Origin: Camelus ferus
Lineage: Eukaryota
Direction of reading: 5' to 3'
DNA length: 64,000 bases
Assembly (NCBI RefSeq): GCF_009834535.1
Contig: NC_045713.1
Coordinates: 18,662,001-18,726,000 of the forward strand
In this document: positions 1-11,155 of the stretch, piece by piece
How positions within the stretch are numbered: position 1 is the first letter of the stretch
How the letters are laid out: each line of letters begins with the position of its first letter
Translations under genes and position numbers: made by a program
The notes under the pieces: generated by a model
The model's input: the letters and a program-made list of their open reading frames with translations, nothing else
Told to the model about the DNA's origin: nothing
Database searches by the model: none

Positions 1-234
1 CTTTGGCCAGCAGAGCATCAGGGTCCCTCAATTTAACATAATCCAAGAAAGTGAATTCTGTTTTGCAGTTCGTGGAAAACTGAACAGCAGCAAACTAGAA
101 AAAAGAAGGAAGACATGAAATGTCATTACATAGCCCTTCCCACTTGTCCGCTTCAGTCTCTGCTTCTGATCCAGGACCTGGGCAACCCAACTCCACATCC
201 TTGCCTCAAGTCATGCTTTTGAAATTGAGGTTGA

Positions 235-350
235 GGGGGAGAAGACAGCACAGTGGTAGACTACGTGCCTAGCAAGCACAAGGTCCTGCGTTCACTCCCC
301 AGTATCTCCATCAAAATAAACAAATAAATAAATCCTAATTACCCCCTCAA
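235..350 (+). mobile_element. tRNA-derived SINE (camelid-type), ITGAL intron 6
   Basis: CAGTGGTAGA..CTAGCAAGCACAAGGTCCTGCGTTCACTCCCCAGTATCTCC followed by AAATAAA..CCTAATTACC tail. Confidence 0.85.
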
Positions 351-950
351 TACAGTGCTGTATGTGAATTATTTCTCAGTAAAACTGGAAGGAAAAAAAA
401 TTTTAAGACAAGGTTGTATATAAAAAAAACAGAACTAAAATTAAATAAACCTCCACTCCCTTATGTAATGCTGTCTTCTGGGCTCCAGTTCTCTGGGTCT
501 GCCTACCTCACTGACAGAAATGGTTCCTAGTGACCATATTTCTTCTGAGTGACCCTGCTAGACTGGACACAACTGGTTGAGCCAAAGACAGCCACCTGGC
601 TGAGGTGAGGCCAGTCAGAATCTCTTCTCTGAAAAGGTGGAATTTGTAGAGGGAGGGGTTGCTTGAGAGGAAGATTTAAAAATACAAACAAAAACCTCCC
701 AAAACTTTAACATGTTAACTTGGGAGCTTTCCACAGGCCCATGTGATCCAAAGAGGAAGAGAAAGAGAAGAGGGAAACAAGAGCCAGCAGAAAACAGAAA
801 TGAGAACTGGGGAGAATCCTGGGAGCAGAGGATCTAGCTGCAGTCATGCTCTTATGTTCCAGAGACACCATATACTAAATTTTCCTTTTAGGCCTTAAGC
901 TAGCTCAGGTAGGCATCTATTCCCTACAGCCAGGAATCTGGTATATTTAC

Positions 951-1081
951 CTGGTAGGAAGAGTTGCTGAGTTTCTTCATCACATCCTTCATGAAGTCTA
1001 GAATTTTCTGAAATTCATTTTCCTGCAAGCTCAGTGAGCCATCAAACAGAAATACCAAGTCTACGTTGCCCTTTATACACT
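951..1081 (-). CDS. ITGAL: ITGAL (integrin alpha-L, CD11a) coding exon 6, start of I-domain with MIDAS DxSxS; gene continues beyond the left edge
   Basis: Translates (E)[43 protein letters not shown]. Acceptor ctctgcag, donor CAG|gtaaat, 131 nt. Exons 1-6 total 570 nt (190 codons) in continuous frame. Confidence 0.97.
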
Positions 1082-1204
1082 CTGCAGAGGCAGACACAAA
1101 GGGGCTTGGTAAAGGGGCTCCAGTGGCCGGCCTGCCCATGCTGGTTCCCATATGTGGGCGACCACCTGGAGGTATTTTTACCCACCAGATCCCCAGTTTC
1201 TTAC

Positions 1205-1322
1205 CCTGATAACCAGGGCGTCCCTGCAACATGGGACCCATCAGATTCTGGCGGAAGAGGTAACACAGGCCACTTAGATAAATATTCTGGTCACATGTCC
1301 GAGACAGCCCAGGGTCACAGGC
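1205..1322 (-). CDS. ITGAL: ITGAL coding exon 5
   Basis: [39 protein letters not shown]. tccttcag acceptor, G|gtaag donor, 118 nt. Confidence 0.96.
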
Positions 1323-1355
1323 CTGAAGGAAGCAGAGATATAAAAAGGTGTTGGT

Positions 1356-1540
1356 GGGGAGAGTATAATTCAGTGGTAAAGTGCATGCTAAGCATGCACA
1401 AGGTCCCAGTTTCAGTCCTCAGTATCTCTATTAAAAAACAATAATAAATGTAAGTAAATAAATAAACCTAATTACCTCCTCACCCCCCAAAATTTAAAAA
1501 AAAATTTTAAATAATAAAAAGAAAAAGAAAAAGAAAAAGG
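1356..1540 (+). mobile_element. tRNA-derived SINE with A-rich tail, ITGAL intron 4, about 33 nt from the exon 5 acceptor
   Basis: GGGGAGAGTATAATTCAGTGGTAAAGTGCATGCTAAGCATGCACAAGGTCCC..AAATAAACCTAATTACCTCC. Confidence 0.88.
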
Positions 1541-2109
1541 GATTGGGGTTTCCTCTTGCTGTGCGTCTTTGGCACATCATCAGCCAAGAACAAGAACCTT
1601 CAGGGTCATCATCCCCTGGCTTCATTCCCTACATCCAACTGGTTACCAAGGTAATTCTGCCTTCAGGTTTCTTGTATTAATCTCTCCATCCCTACTACCA
1701 ATGCTATATGCCAACAGATGCTCGCTGCCTAGAGAATAAAGTCTAAACTCTTTAGTTTGGCATTCGTATTGTTTACAGTTGGGCGCTATCTACATTTCCA
1801 GGCCCTTCCCCTTCTATCTCAATCACACATTCTGTGTTCAAGCCAAATCAAATCACTCCCTAGTCCCAGAATACACAATGCTGTTTCTTTCATTTATGAC
1901 TATCTTTCCTGCCAGACTGCAATTTCTTGAAAGTCAGAGCTCATGTCATGGTCATCTTTATATCTCACTCTCCTTCCTCCATCAGAACCTAGCACCATGC
2001 CTGGCATATAACAGCTAAGTAATCAAGCTCCAGTTAAATACTGGGTAAATATTTCACTCATTGAGACTTCTATCTCTCATATACCTGTGTCAGAAGGATG
2101 CTGCTGGGA

Positions 2110-2290
2110 TGAATTGTAAAGAGCAATGGACTTGGAATCAAATGGGAATGTGATTCAAATTCTGCCTCCACCTCTTTAAAACCATGTGACCTTGGCCAAG
2201 TCTTTTGACCCCTTTGGTTCTGTTTCCTCCTGTGTAAAATGTATTTACTCATCCTTATCTCACCTGAGTGTCTTGAGGATTAAAAGAGAT
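2110..2290 (+). mobile_element. MIR SINE remnant
   Basis: TGTGACCTTGGCCAAGTC..CTGTTTCCTCCTGTGTAAAATG..GAGGATTAAAAGAGAT core; boundaries approximate. Confidence 0.7.
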
Positions 2291-2294
2291 AAAG

Positions 2295-2603
2295 CAGTGT
2301 TTCCTAACCTTTAAGCATTTGTGTACTGATTCACAATTTCTGTCATATGGGCATATCATCTATACTATTACTTACTTAATATTTAATTTAATTTAAATTT
2401 ACTTTTTTTAAGCTTTAGCCTCATCCTAAGCAATGGGATCCAAGAAATCATGAATTTGATGTACTTGCTGTATATTTTTTTCTAATAAGCCATTAAATAA
2501 AAATATAACTATTAAAACATTAAAAGCTGTATTCCACCACAGATCATCTTATATATTAATGGTGACAGATACTTTGTATTTAGGAAAAAAAAAAAAAAAA
2601 CTG
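2295..2603. mobile_element. hAT/Charlie-type MITE
   Basis: Left end CAGTGTTTCCTAA, right end TTAGG(A)16CTG, consistent with a TIR whose A-run has expanded. AT-rich interior. No clean 8-bp TSD seen. Confidence 0.55.
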
Positions 2604-2791
2604 AGGAAACTAGGGTCTCAAAAATACCTGGCTGATAGTTGGTTCTCAATAAACACAGATTGAATCTGAATCACTCTGATAATTATAATCTTCTATAGGA
2701 TCTTTAATCCATTTTTTCTCCCTTCCTTTCAGCCTGTTTTTCCTAGATCAAGCTTCACAGGCGCTGATATCACACTATACGAAATTCTTAC

Positions 2792-2859
2792 CAAAAGGCT
2801 GTCACTTGTGGGGTCTGTCGCCAAGGTCATTCCCAAATACTTGGAGGTATAGTTGGAAC
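2792..2859 (-). CDS. ITGAL: ITGAL coding exon 4
   Basis: (G)SNYTSKYLGMTLATDPTSDSLL. cctacag acceptor, TTG|gtaag donor, 68 nt. Confidence 0.95.
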
Positions 2860-2968
2860 CTGTAGGCACCAGAAGATTGGTCTAGAGGAACTCAGGCAAT
2901 CCAGGTGTGGTGGGGCCAGCGTGGATTTTCTGACACCATTCCTTCCAGCTCCCAAACCAGTTACTCAC

Positions 2969-3063
2969 CACTCAGTCTGACTGGCTGGCAGTGTCCTGTG
3001 CCTGGCTGGCACTGATAGAGCTTTCCTGTGCTGTTCCCCTCACCTGGCGCTCCCACGACAACC
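2969..3063 (-). CDS. ITGAL: ITGAL coding exon 3
   Basis: (G)[31 protein letters not shown], an FG-GAP repeat motif. G|gtgag donor, 95 nt. Confidence 0.95.
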
Positions 3064-3688
3064 CTGATGAGAAATCTCACCTGTGAGATGGGGTTGCCCA
3101 GGTCTTTACTCACCCACTCCTACCTGTTAAGGGGGTTCAGATCCCTGACAAGGCATCCCGAAGCAATTCAGTCACTCCCCTACCCGGTGGCTCCTCAGCC
3201 CCCACCTCTTCCCTCCTGAATCCCAAATAAATAATCCAGTATGTCCGAATTGGAGAAAGTTAAGGATCTTTTCCATTTACAGTCCAGAAAAACGGAGGCC
3301 CAGAGAATGATCTGCCAGAATGTCACATTATGAGTTCATTCAATCAGCCACCAACTCAGAAGCCATTTATAGCATACTTGCCATGTGCTAGGCTGTGGTA
3401 TGTACCAGGGATGGGTGGGAGAAGCGGTAGAGAAACAAAATCCCTGCCTTCAAGGAGTTCACTGTCTGGTCTGGAAGAGGGTCAGGAATCTAGGAAGTGC
3501 TACAAAGCGTATTAAGGGCTGTTTCCCCTTCTATCAGGCACTTGTATGGTGCTTTAACGATGCGTCGATGGATCGTCCTCACCCTACTGTCTGATGGCCT
3601 TGCTCCTGTTTCTGGCAAATCTCACCATGCACTCCTTGAAACAGGGAGGTCCTGGCCAGGGCAGGGAAGGCATGTGGCGGCAGCTTAC

Positions 3689-3791
3689 CCATTTCCAACC
3701 TGAAGGACACGGTACCCAAAATGCCTCCCGGCTTGTGGGAAGGAGAAGTTTTGCACATGTCGCACGTCCAGGTTGTAGCTCCAGGCTGGGG
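3689..3791 (-). CDS. ITGAL: ITGAL coding exon 2 (end of signal peptide, mature N-terminus YNLD)
   Basis: (A)[33 protein letters not shown]. gttcctcag acceptor, GG|gtaag donor, 103 nt. Confidence 0.96.
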
Positions 3792-4905
3792 CTGAGGAAC
3801 ACAGGGAGCCCGTCAGCCACTTCTGGCCAGGGGACCCCCCCCACCCCCTCACATGCCCCACCCCGACTGGCAGGTGATGATTGGCCGCTGCCCACGTGCC
3901 CCAAGTGAGCAGCCCGACCTTCAAGGACCTTGCTCCCTCCTCCCCAGGCTGCCCACACCTGAGGCAGAGATGGAAGCTGCCCTCTGGACCCCTCTTTGAG
4001 GGCCTGGACACTGGGAAATATGGAAGCAGTTATTTCCTATTACCCAGAGCTCTGGCAGCTCCAGGGCCTGGGAAGGAAAACTTCCTATTTGGCATCTCAG
4101 CAAAGAAGGAGGGATGCACAGGCAGAAGCCTGTGAGAGAGGAGCAGACCCAGGGGTCCGGGAAGTGAAGGGGATGCCCCAAGGCAGGGTGCCTCTCCCCA
4201 CACACCCACCTCTCCCCTGGGCCTGGGGCTCAGTCACCCAGAAAACTGAGATAATTAGCCTCAGTCTTTCTCCCTGTGAAAGTTCAAGATACCCTGATCC
4301 CGCGAAGTTGCCTCCTGACTCATCAAACGTTCCCTCACTCCCCACCTCCACATGGACCAATCTTTTCCGTACCCATTAGATCTCAAATTCCCCCATCACA
4401 TTCCCCATCCTGGTGAGCCTAGGCGTCATCTGAAAGCCCTAAACTGTCCTTTCTGGCCCTGCTTTCCTTCCAGGCCTCAGGTTTATATCACAGCATCTTA
4501 GGATGTCAGAGATGCTGGCCCCGCCATTTGTTCAGATGGAGAGACTGAGGCCCCAGAAGGGGAAAGGACTTGCCTAAGATGGCACAGAGAGGTAGTACGG
4601 TTAGGACCAGACCCTAGGCCAGCTCTACATACCCATTAACCACCCACCGTTTTTTAAGGGCCCACTCCCCCATCTCACTGTTGCCACCTTTGTCTCCCTT
4701 CCCTGTCTTTTCCTTCATACCTGGCCTATATTTTGGACCCTGACTTTCTTTTTCTCATTCTCCCTCCATGATTCCTGGGCCCCAACATTACCTATGGCCT
4801 ATCCTACCCTTAGAACAGCCGCTCATTTACTCCAGTTTAACAAAGCCCTGCAGTTTCCTTGGTCACAGACACATGTTCCTTCCCCTCCCCACCTCCCCTG
4901 CCTAC

Positions 4906-4960
4906 CAAAGAGAAAAGGCCCAGACAGCAGCAGTCTCATTACGATGATGCAGGAGTTCAT
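4906..4960 (-). CDS. ITGAL: ITGAL coding exon 1 (signal peptide)
   Basis: ATG at 4960, MNSCIIVMRLLLSGPFLF, G|gtagg donor, 55 nt. Phase is compatible with exon 2. Confidence 0.92.
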
Positions 4961-5270
4961 CTTTCAAATGGCTGGAGGGACCCAGACGCTGAATCGTCTC
5001 GGAGGGCCCTTGGGATTTGCTGGCAACCTAGGTAGGGTGAAAGAGGGAAATGATAATGCCCTGGGGCCTCTTGCAGTGAGGCTTTCTCACAGAGGCACCA
5101 AGGCTGGTAACACTGGGTCGAGGGCAGAAGGGGTTGTGCCTAGAGGGGTTGTGAAACCGCACGGGTTCAGGGAGGAAGTATGAGCAAGTTAGACACACTT
5201 CCTGGGCCTGCTTGTATTTTCATATCATCCAAGAGCAAAAAGCACAGTAGTGAGATGACTTCCTCTCCTG
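4961..5270 (-). promoter_or_regulatory. ITGAL: ITGAL 5'UTR and proximal promoter with RUNX and ETS/PU.1 motifs
   Basis: TGCGGT (RUNX) at 5156-5161 minus. GAGGAAGT at 5172-5179 plus, CAGGAAGT at 5196-5203 minus, GAGGAAGT at 5258-5265 minus. No clear TATA box. Confidence 0.7.
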
Positions 5271-5549
5271 CCCAAGAGCAGCTGGGTCTCAGTCCTTCAC
5301 CAACACACCAACACAAGACTCTATAAAGCTCAGGGGAGGTACTGGTCAAATGAACTGCAGTACAACTGTGATAGAACACAGAAAAGAATGAGGAAGGGAA
5401 AAAAATAAGGTAGGACAAAAAAAAAAAATGAGATCACATTCTTTTTTTTTTTTTAAATATAGGGAGATTGCTTTCTCTTGACAGTAAAAGATGTCCATGA
5501 TATACTCACTGTTGAAGAAAAAGAGCAAGTAATAGGACAATATATTTAG

Positions 5550-7060
5550 TAACTCATTTTGAGTCTGAAAAACAAAGAAAAAAATTCCATCTAGTAGGAG
5601 ATTTAAGATTTGCAAATCGTATCTGTGATATGGGACTTGTATCCAGACTATAGAGAACTCTTTAACTCAACAATAAAAAGACAACCCAGTTTTTTAAGTG
5701 GACAAAGAATCTGAATAGACATTTCTCCACAAACAATATGTAAAATTGCCACTCAGCACAGGAAAATATGTTGATCGTTATTCGTCATTAGAGAAATGCA
5801 AATCAAAGACAAAAGANNNNNNNNNNNNNNNNNNNNNNNNNNNNNNNNNNNNNNNNNNNNNNNNNNNNNNNNNNNNNNNNNNNNNNNNNNNNNNNNNNNN
5901 NNNNNNNNNNNNNNNNNNNNNNNNNNNNNNNNNNNNNNNNNNNNNNNNNNNNNNNNNNNNNNNNNNNNNNNNNNNNNNNNNNNNNNNNNNNNNNNNNNNN
6001 NNNNNNNNNGAAAAAGTAAGTGTGAGAATGTGGAGAAATTGGAACTCTGGTACTTTGCCTGTGGGAATTTAAGCAGGTGCAGCTGCTATGGAAAAGGTGA
6101 CAGTTTCTCAAAAAATTTGAATGTAGAGTTTCTATGTGACCTAGCAATTCCTGGGTATAGACCCAAAAGAATTGGAAACATACATTCATAAAAAACTTAT
6201 ACACATGTGAATGACAAATATTGCCAGCCATATTAGTAAACAAAGGATGCTTTGGAGACCCCCGACAGGGAGCAGAAGGAACTCAGGATGCAGATAAGCA
6301 GGCAGCCCAGCCTCTGCAGGCACCCCCAACGGTGTCCCCTGAGGGAAATCCAGATAGGAAAGCACAGGATACTGGCCCTAGATAGCTAAGGTACATATCA
6401 AAAGAATGATTTCAATGAGCCCAGACTTTTGCACTTTCCCATACATAGAAAAGCACTAAATTCCTTAACTTGAGATATCTGGCTTTCCTTAATTAACAGT
6501 AATCTTTTCATGTTCTGATTACCTGGTCTTTGTTGCAAAAACCGCCTATATATTCTGGCTCCTCCCTTGCCTCTTTGGAACAGTCTCTTAGAGCAATTTG
6601 AGACGCCACCTCCCAGGCTCGAGTCCTCAGAAAATGTGTCGAATAAAACATAACTTTCAACTTTTAGGTTGTGCATTTTTTTAGTCAACACATGAGTGCT
6701 CATAACAGCATTATTNNNNNNNNNNNNNNNNNNNNNNNNNNNNNNNNNNNNNNNNNNNNNNNNNNNNNNNNNNNNNNNNNNNNNNNNNNNNNNNNNNNNN
6801 NNNNNNNNNNNNNNNNNNNNNNNNNNNNNNNNNNNNNNNNNNNNNNNNNNNNNNNNNNNNNNNNNNNNNNNNNNNNNNNNNNNNNNNNNNNNNNNNNNNN
6901 GTGATTGCTTTTAAGTGAAATGTCCACATTAGGCAAATCTGTAGAGACAGAAAATAGATTAGTGGTTAACAGGGTCTGGGAAGTGGGGAATGGGGAGTGA
7001 CTAAGGTTGGGTATAGAGGCTTTTTCTGCAATTATGAAATGTTCTGGAACTAGAAGTTGA
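5550..7060 (+). mobile_element. Old L1 3' region interrupted by a solo LTR (partly N-masked)
   Basis: Typical L1 3' text: GGACAAAGAATCTGAATAGACATTTCTCC, ATTAGAGAAATGCAAATCAAA, GACCTAGCAATTCC, GTAGAGACAGAAAATAGATTAGTGGTT. Confidence 0.8.
6208..6690 (+). mobile_element. Solo ERV LTR, 483 bp, with 4-bp TSD
   Basis: TG...CA termini (TGAATGAC/GTCAACA). CATG duplicated at 6204-6207 and 6691-6694. TATA-like CTATATAT near 6546, AATAAA at 6642-6647. L1 sequence resumes on both sides. Confidence 0.8.
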
Positions 7061-7062
7061 AA

Positions 7063-7082
7063 TGTGTGTGTGTGTGTGTGTG
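7063..7082. repeat. (TG)10 microsatellite
   Basis: Direct reading. Confidence 0.9.
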
Positions 7083-9766
7083 TAAAAACTGAAAGGGCAC
7101 ACAACCAAACTTTAAACAGTGGTTACCTCTGCAGAATACAGTTTACACATTTCTGTATTGTTTGGAAAAAAAATTTTTTTTAACAAGGATGTGTAACTCG
7201 AACACTTGTCAAAAAATAAAAATACTAAAACCATAACAGAATAGAGGAACTATATTTGTTTATGGGAAAGTGATGCTGATACACTTCAGATTCTCTCTCT
7301 CTTGTAAGAAAATCCTACTCAAATGAAATCTGACTACAAGGCCACTTCCAGTGTCACTGACCTGGGGAAGGCTGCTGCATGCAGATTACCCAGAGTCTAC
7401 TGCCAGGCAGCTACAACACCACAGGTTGGCTCTTGGTAATGAGATGATGTGAGATTGTCTTCTTCAAATTCAGTTAAAATCAGAGAAGTCAGACTGATTT
7501 CGTTGATTGTCTGTACAGGAGTTGCAATTTACATGCAACCAAATTCTTTTGTTTTGTTTTGAAACTACGAAAAGAATATACATTTGAAAATTCAAACATC
7601 ATAGAAGTATGTAACATAAAAGGATATATAAAAAAAAAAAACTCTAGGATAACCATTTCTCACAGTTTGGAGCCATATTTTCTTCATGACAAAAAGAGTT
7701 GTTAACTACTAGGAAGTAGTTAACCATACAGCTTTGACCTGTTTGGAAAAACTGTAATTCTCTCAGCACAGAACATCCAGCCCAGAATTAATAATCAAAT
7801 CAGCCATCTCCAGTGTGAAGGTTTCCCTTTAGGCCAGCTTCAAATTTTAGACACTTGAATTAGGGCTTAAGGTTATAAAAACTTTAAGTGTGTCAGTAGC
7901 AATGACTAGAACACGTGGGATGAAAGGAATCCGGGAAACAATCTCAGAGTCTCCACTGCTTGGATTATAGTTGATGTGTATGTTTCAGCAAGTGGGTATA
8001 CTCATTTATGTATTTATCATGTTCTGGTTTTCAGCTTAAAATGAAACAGAAAGATAGTCTCTTTAGACACTATAAGGCTGAAGAAGCTACAAAGTACAAA
8101 CAAGCCCCAAAGATTCTAGGAGTTCAGGGGCCCAGGGCAGGACAGAGCAGGTGATTCTCCTGAAGAGCTGGACTGCAAAGATCTCAGACTGGGACCATGA
8201 TGGGGCAGGATGCACACACACACGTTCTTGGTCACCGGCCACCTCCATCATAACTCAAACTGCCAGTTCTCCACCCAGATCCTCTGAACTGTCTCTCGAT
8301 TCCATTCCCTCTGTTGGAACCTCCATCAGTTCTCACCTGAACAATTTATTGTCATCACAGCTCTTCTTTCTCTCAGTCCCCTTCCGTTGGAGAGAGTTCT
8401 ACTACATTAATCTTGGGAAACCTGAGCATGTCTGTTTCACATTTTAAAACCTCTGATGATTCCCCTTTTGCACACACAAGATCTGTTTGTGTGCAACAAG
8501 TCTGAGCTCCTTGGCATGGCTTTCAGGGGCCTTGTTGCCTCTCCATACCCTGTGCTCTAACTTACCAAATGCCTCATCGGTGTTCAAACAGACCGAGTAC
8601 CTAGAGAAAAGTTTATGAAACTTGAAGTGTTGGCCATACTTGTACCTCCTGCTGAGAAAAGCAGATTCAGTAGGCGGTTTCTGCATGATGTCATCTTGGC
8701 TGCATCAAATGAACAGTGTGAAACTGATCCTGCTAGCGTGGTGATGGCTGACCAACCAGTGATGGATGCCCAGGGCAAAGGTAGCCACAGATAGATGGGA
8801 CCGAACAGATGCAGGATGGCTTGGTTGCTCCACCTACAAATTGTTCCACACAGGATCATGGCAATGGACTCAAACATATCACCTGACAGAGGGGGGACAA
8901 ATGAGAGCCTAGATTGGGAAGTTCCAGGGTCACAGAATCTGTACCTCGAAGACAGAGCAGTGACCTGGATGCTTCAAGTCTCTGTGTCCTCTGTAGGATA
9001 AAATGATTTTAATTATTTATTATTTTTCCATCAGTTCATCTGAACACAATGAGAATTTTCTCTTGCTCCACTCTAGAGAGCAAATAGAACTTTGTGTTCT
9101 GCCACTTTGTATCTTCATCACTGCTCGTTTCCTGGTCCAAGCCACCACCATCTTTTGCCTGGAATTTTCTTTTTGCATCAGATTATTTTATATTTTTTGC
9201 TAAAAATATCAGTACAAATAATACTGTAATCCTCCATGTTCCCCTCTCCAGTCTCATACCCTAGAAGCTATAATTATAATTAATATGAGGCTACTGATGC
9301 TTTCATATTTTCATATATACAAATATCACAATATATATATTTATTGTGATATTTATGATTTTAATTGACATGAAATGATTTCAAAATGGTATAAAATGTT
9401 CTGCACTTTGCTTTGTTAACACAACATTATGTCTGTGAGACCAATCAAAGTTGATATTTACAGTTCTGGTTTATTCATTTTGACAGCTGTATAATATTCC
9501 ATTATTTGGATATGCTAACATGTAGTCTTCCTTTTCTCTTCTGACAGATGTTCAGTTGCACTGTATCAATAAAAATCCTTGTATATGTCTTTTTGCATAT
9601 TCTTTATAACATTTCCTTATGGTATACCCGTAAGTATAAATTTTGTCATAAGGCACACACATCTTCAAAAACAATACATAATAAGTTGTTCTCCAGAGTA
9701 GTTGTGGCAATTCTACCAGTTCTTCCTTTATTTGTCAATATCTTGCTATTTTTATCTTGATCTTGG

Positions 9767-10180
9767 TGTCAATTGAAAAAAAAAAGGCATACACACCACA
9801 TAATGCAAGAGCAGTGAGTTTCGGTTTTATTTGGGGAACTTGTTGAAAACTATAGCCCAGAAGATAGCCCCTCATAACTCTGGGGAACCGCTCTGAAGAC
9901 ATAGGGGAGGGGCCAGTATATATGTGAATATTTTGGTTGGGAAATACATGTATTCAAGCATACATCTTGGTTAAAGATTACTGCTAATCACAAAAAAACA
10001 GATACCTCAAGTTAATGATTTTAGTCCTTCTTTATATGTGGGGAGATGCTAGAATCTGGGGTCATCAATGGTCTTCTTAGATATACATCGTAACTGTACT
10101 GGGGCCATGTATCCAAAACACAGAAGGCTTCATCCTGTTTTTCTCATCTGCTGTGGGTTGCAACTTAATCCTTGTAGAGA
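9767..10180 (-). mobile_element. Second LTR of a related family, opposite orientation
   Basis: 9973-10025 aligns by eye to the reverse complement of 6455-6507. AATAAA on minus at 9826-9831, TATA-like at 9917-9923. Right boundary approximate. Confidence 0.7.
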
Positions 10181-10521
10181 TATTTATCTGAATCTACTTA
10201 ATTTTCCTTCTCTTACACACCTCCTAGGATGGAGTTGTAACAGATGATAAAGTAGAAGATTTAGATTACTGTTTTATTATAAAAAAGACTATAATTCAGG
10301 GACAGCATGATAGAAAAGATGCCTGGGACAGGGTGTGAGGAAAGAGCATGGAGCTTCAGGGCCGTGCCAGACGCACCACTCTACAGCACCTCCACATGTT
10401 CACCAATCCAGAAGCTCCTTGTGCCTGGATTTTGTGGCAGTCCCCTAACTACTTCCAACCTTGCCTCTGCTACATTCTGTTCTCCAGACAGCAGCCAGAG
10501 GAGTCCTTTAAAAATAAGTCA

Positions 10522-11155
10522 TATGACCCAGCAGTCCCAGTCCTGGGCGTATATCTAGAGAAAACTTTAATTCAAAAATATATATGCACCCCAATGCTCA
10601 TAGCAGAACTTTTTACAATACCAAGACATAGAAGCAACATGAATGACCATTGACAGATGATGGATAAAGAAAAAAAATATATACACATATATACAATGGA
10701 ATATTATTTAACCATAAAAAGGAATGAAATAATGTCATTGGCAGCAACATAGATGGACCTAGTGATGATCATGCTAAGTGAAGTCAGTCAGAGAAAGACA
10801 AATATCATACAATATCACTTATATGTGGAATCTAAAAAAAAATGACACAAACTTATTTGCAAAACAGAAAGAGACTCACAAACATAGAAAACAAACTTGT
10901 GGTTATCAGGGCGGCAAGGGGGGTGGGGAGAGAGAAATTGGGAGTTTGGGATTGGCAGATACAAGCTACTATGTGCAGAATAGATAACCAACAAGGTCCT
11001 ACTGTATAGCACAGGGAACTATATTCAGTAGCTTGTAGCAACCTGTAATGGAAAAGAATGTGTGTGTCTGTGTGTGTGTGTATACACATGAATCACTATG
11101 CTGTAAACCAGAAACTAATACAACATTGTAAATCAACTATACTTCAATAAAAAAG
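10522..11155 (+). mobile_element. 5'-truncated L1 3' end inserted in an L2 remnant
   Basis: GCAGCAACATAGATGGACCTAG..GTGAAGTCAGTCAGAGAAAGACAAATATCAT..ACATTGTAAATCAACTATACTTCAATAAAA. ATAAGTCA duplicated at 10514-10521 and 11164-11171. Confidence 0.88.

Noticed and set aside
7701-7724. Perfect 10-bp hairpin GTTAACTACT-AGGA-AGTAGTTAAC, and an imperfect palindrome near 8469-8497
   Set aside because: About one hairpin of this size is expected by chance in 64 kb, and there is no supporting context
6208-10180. The two LTRs as the ends of one provirus
   Set aside because: They are inverted rather than direct repeats and quite diverged. The first has its own TSD, and I saw no gag/pol/env text between them.
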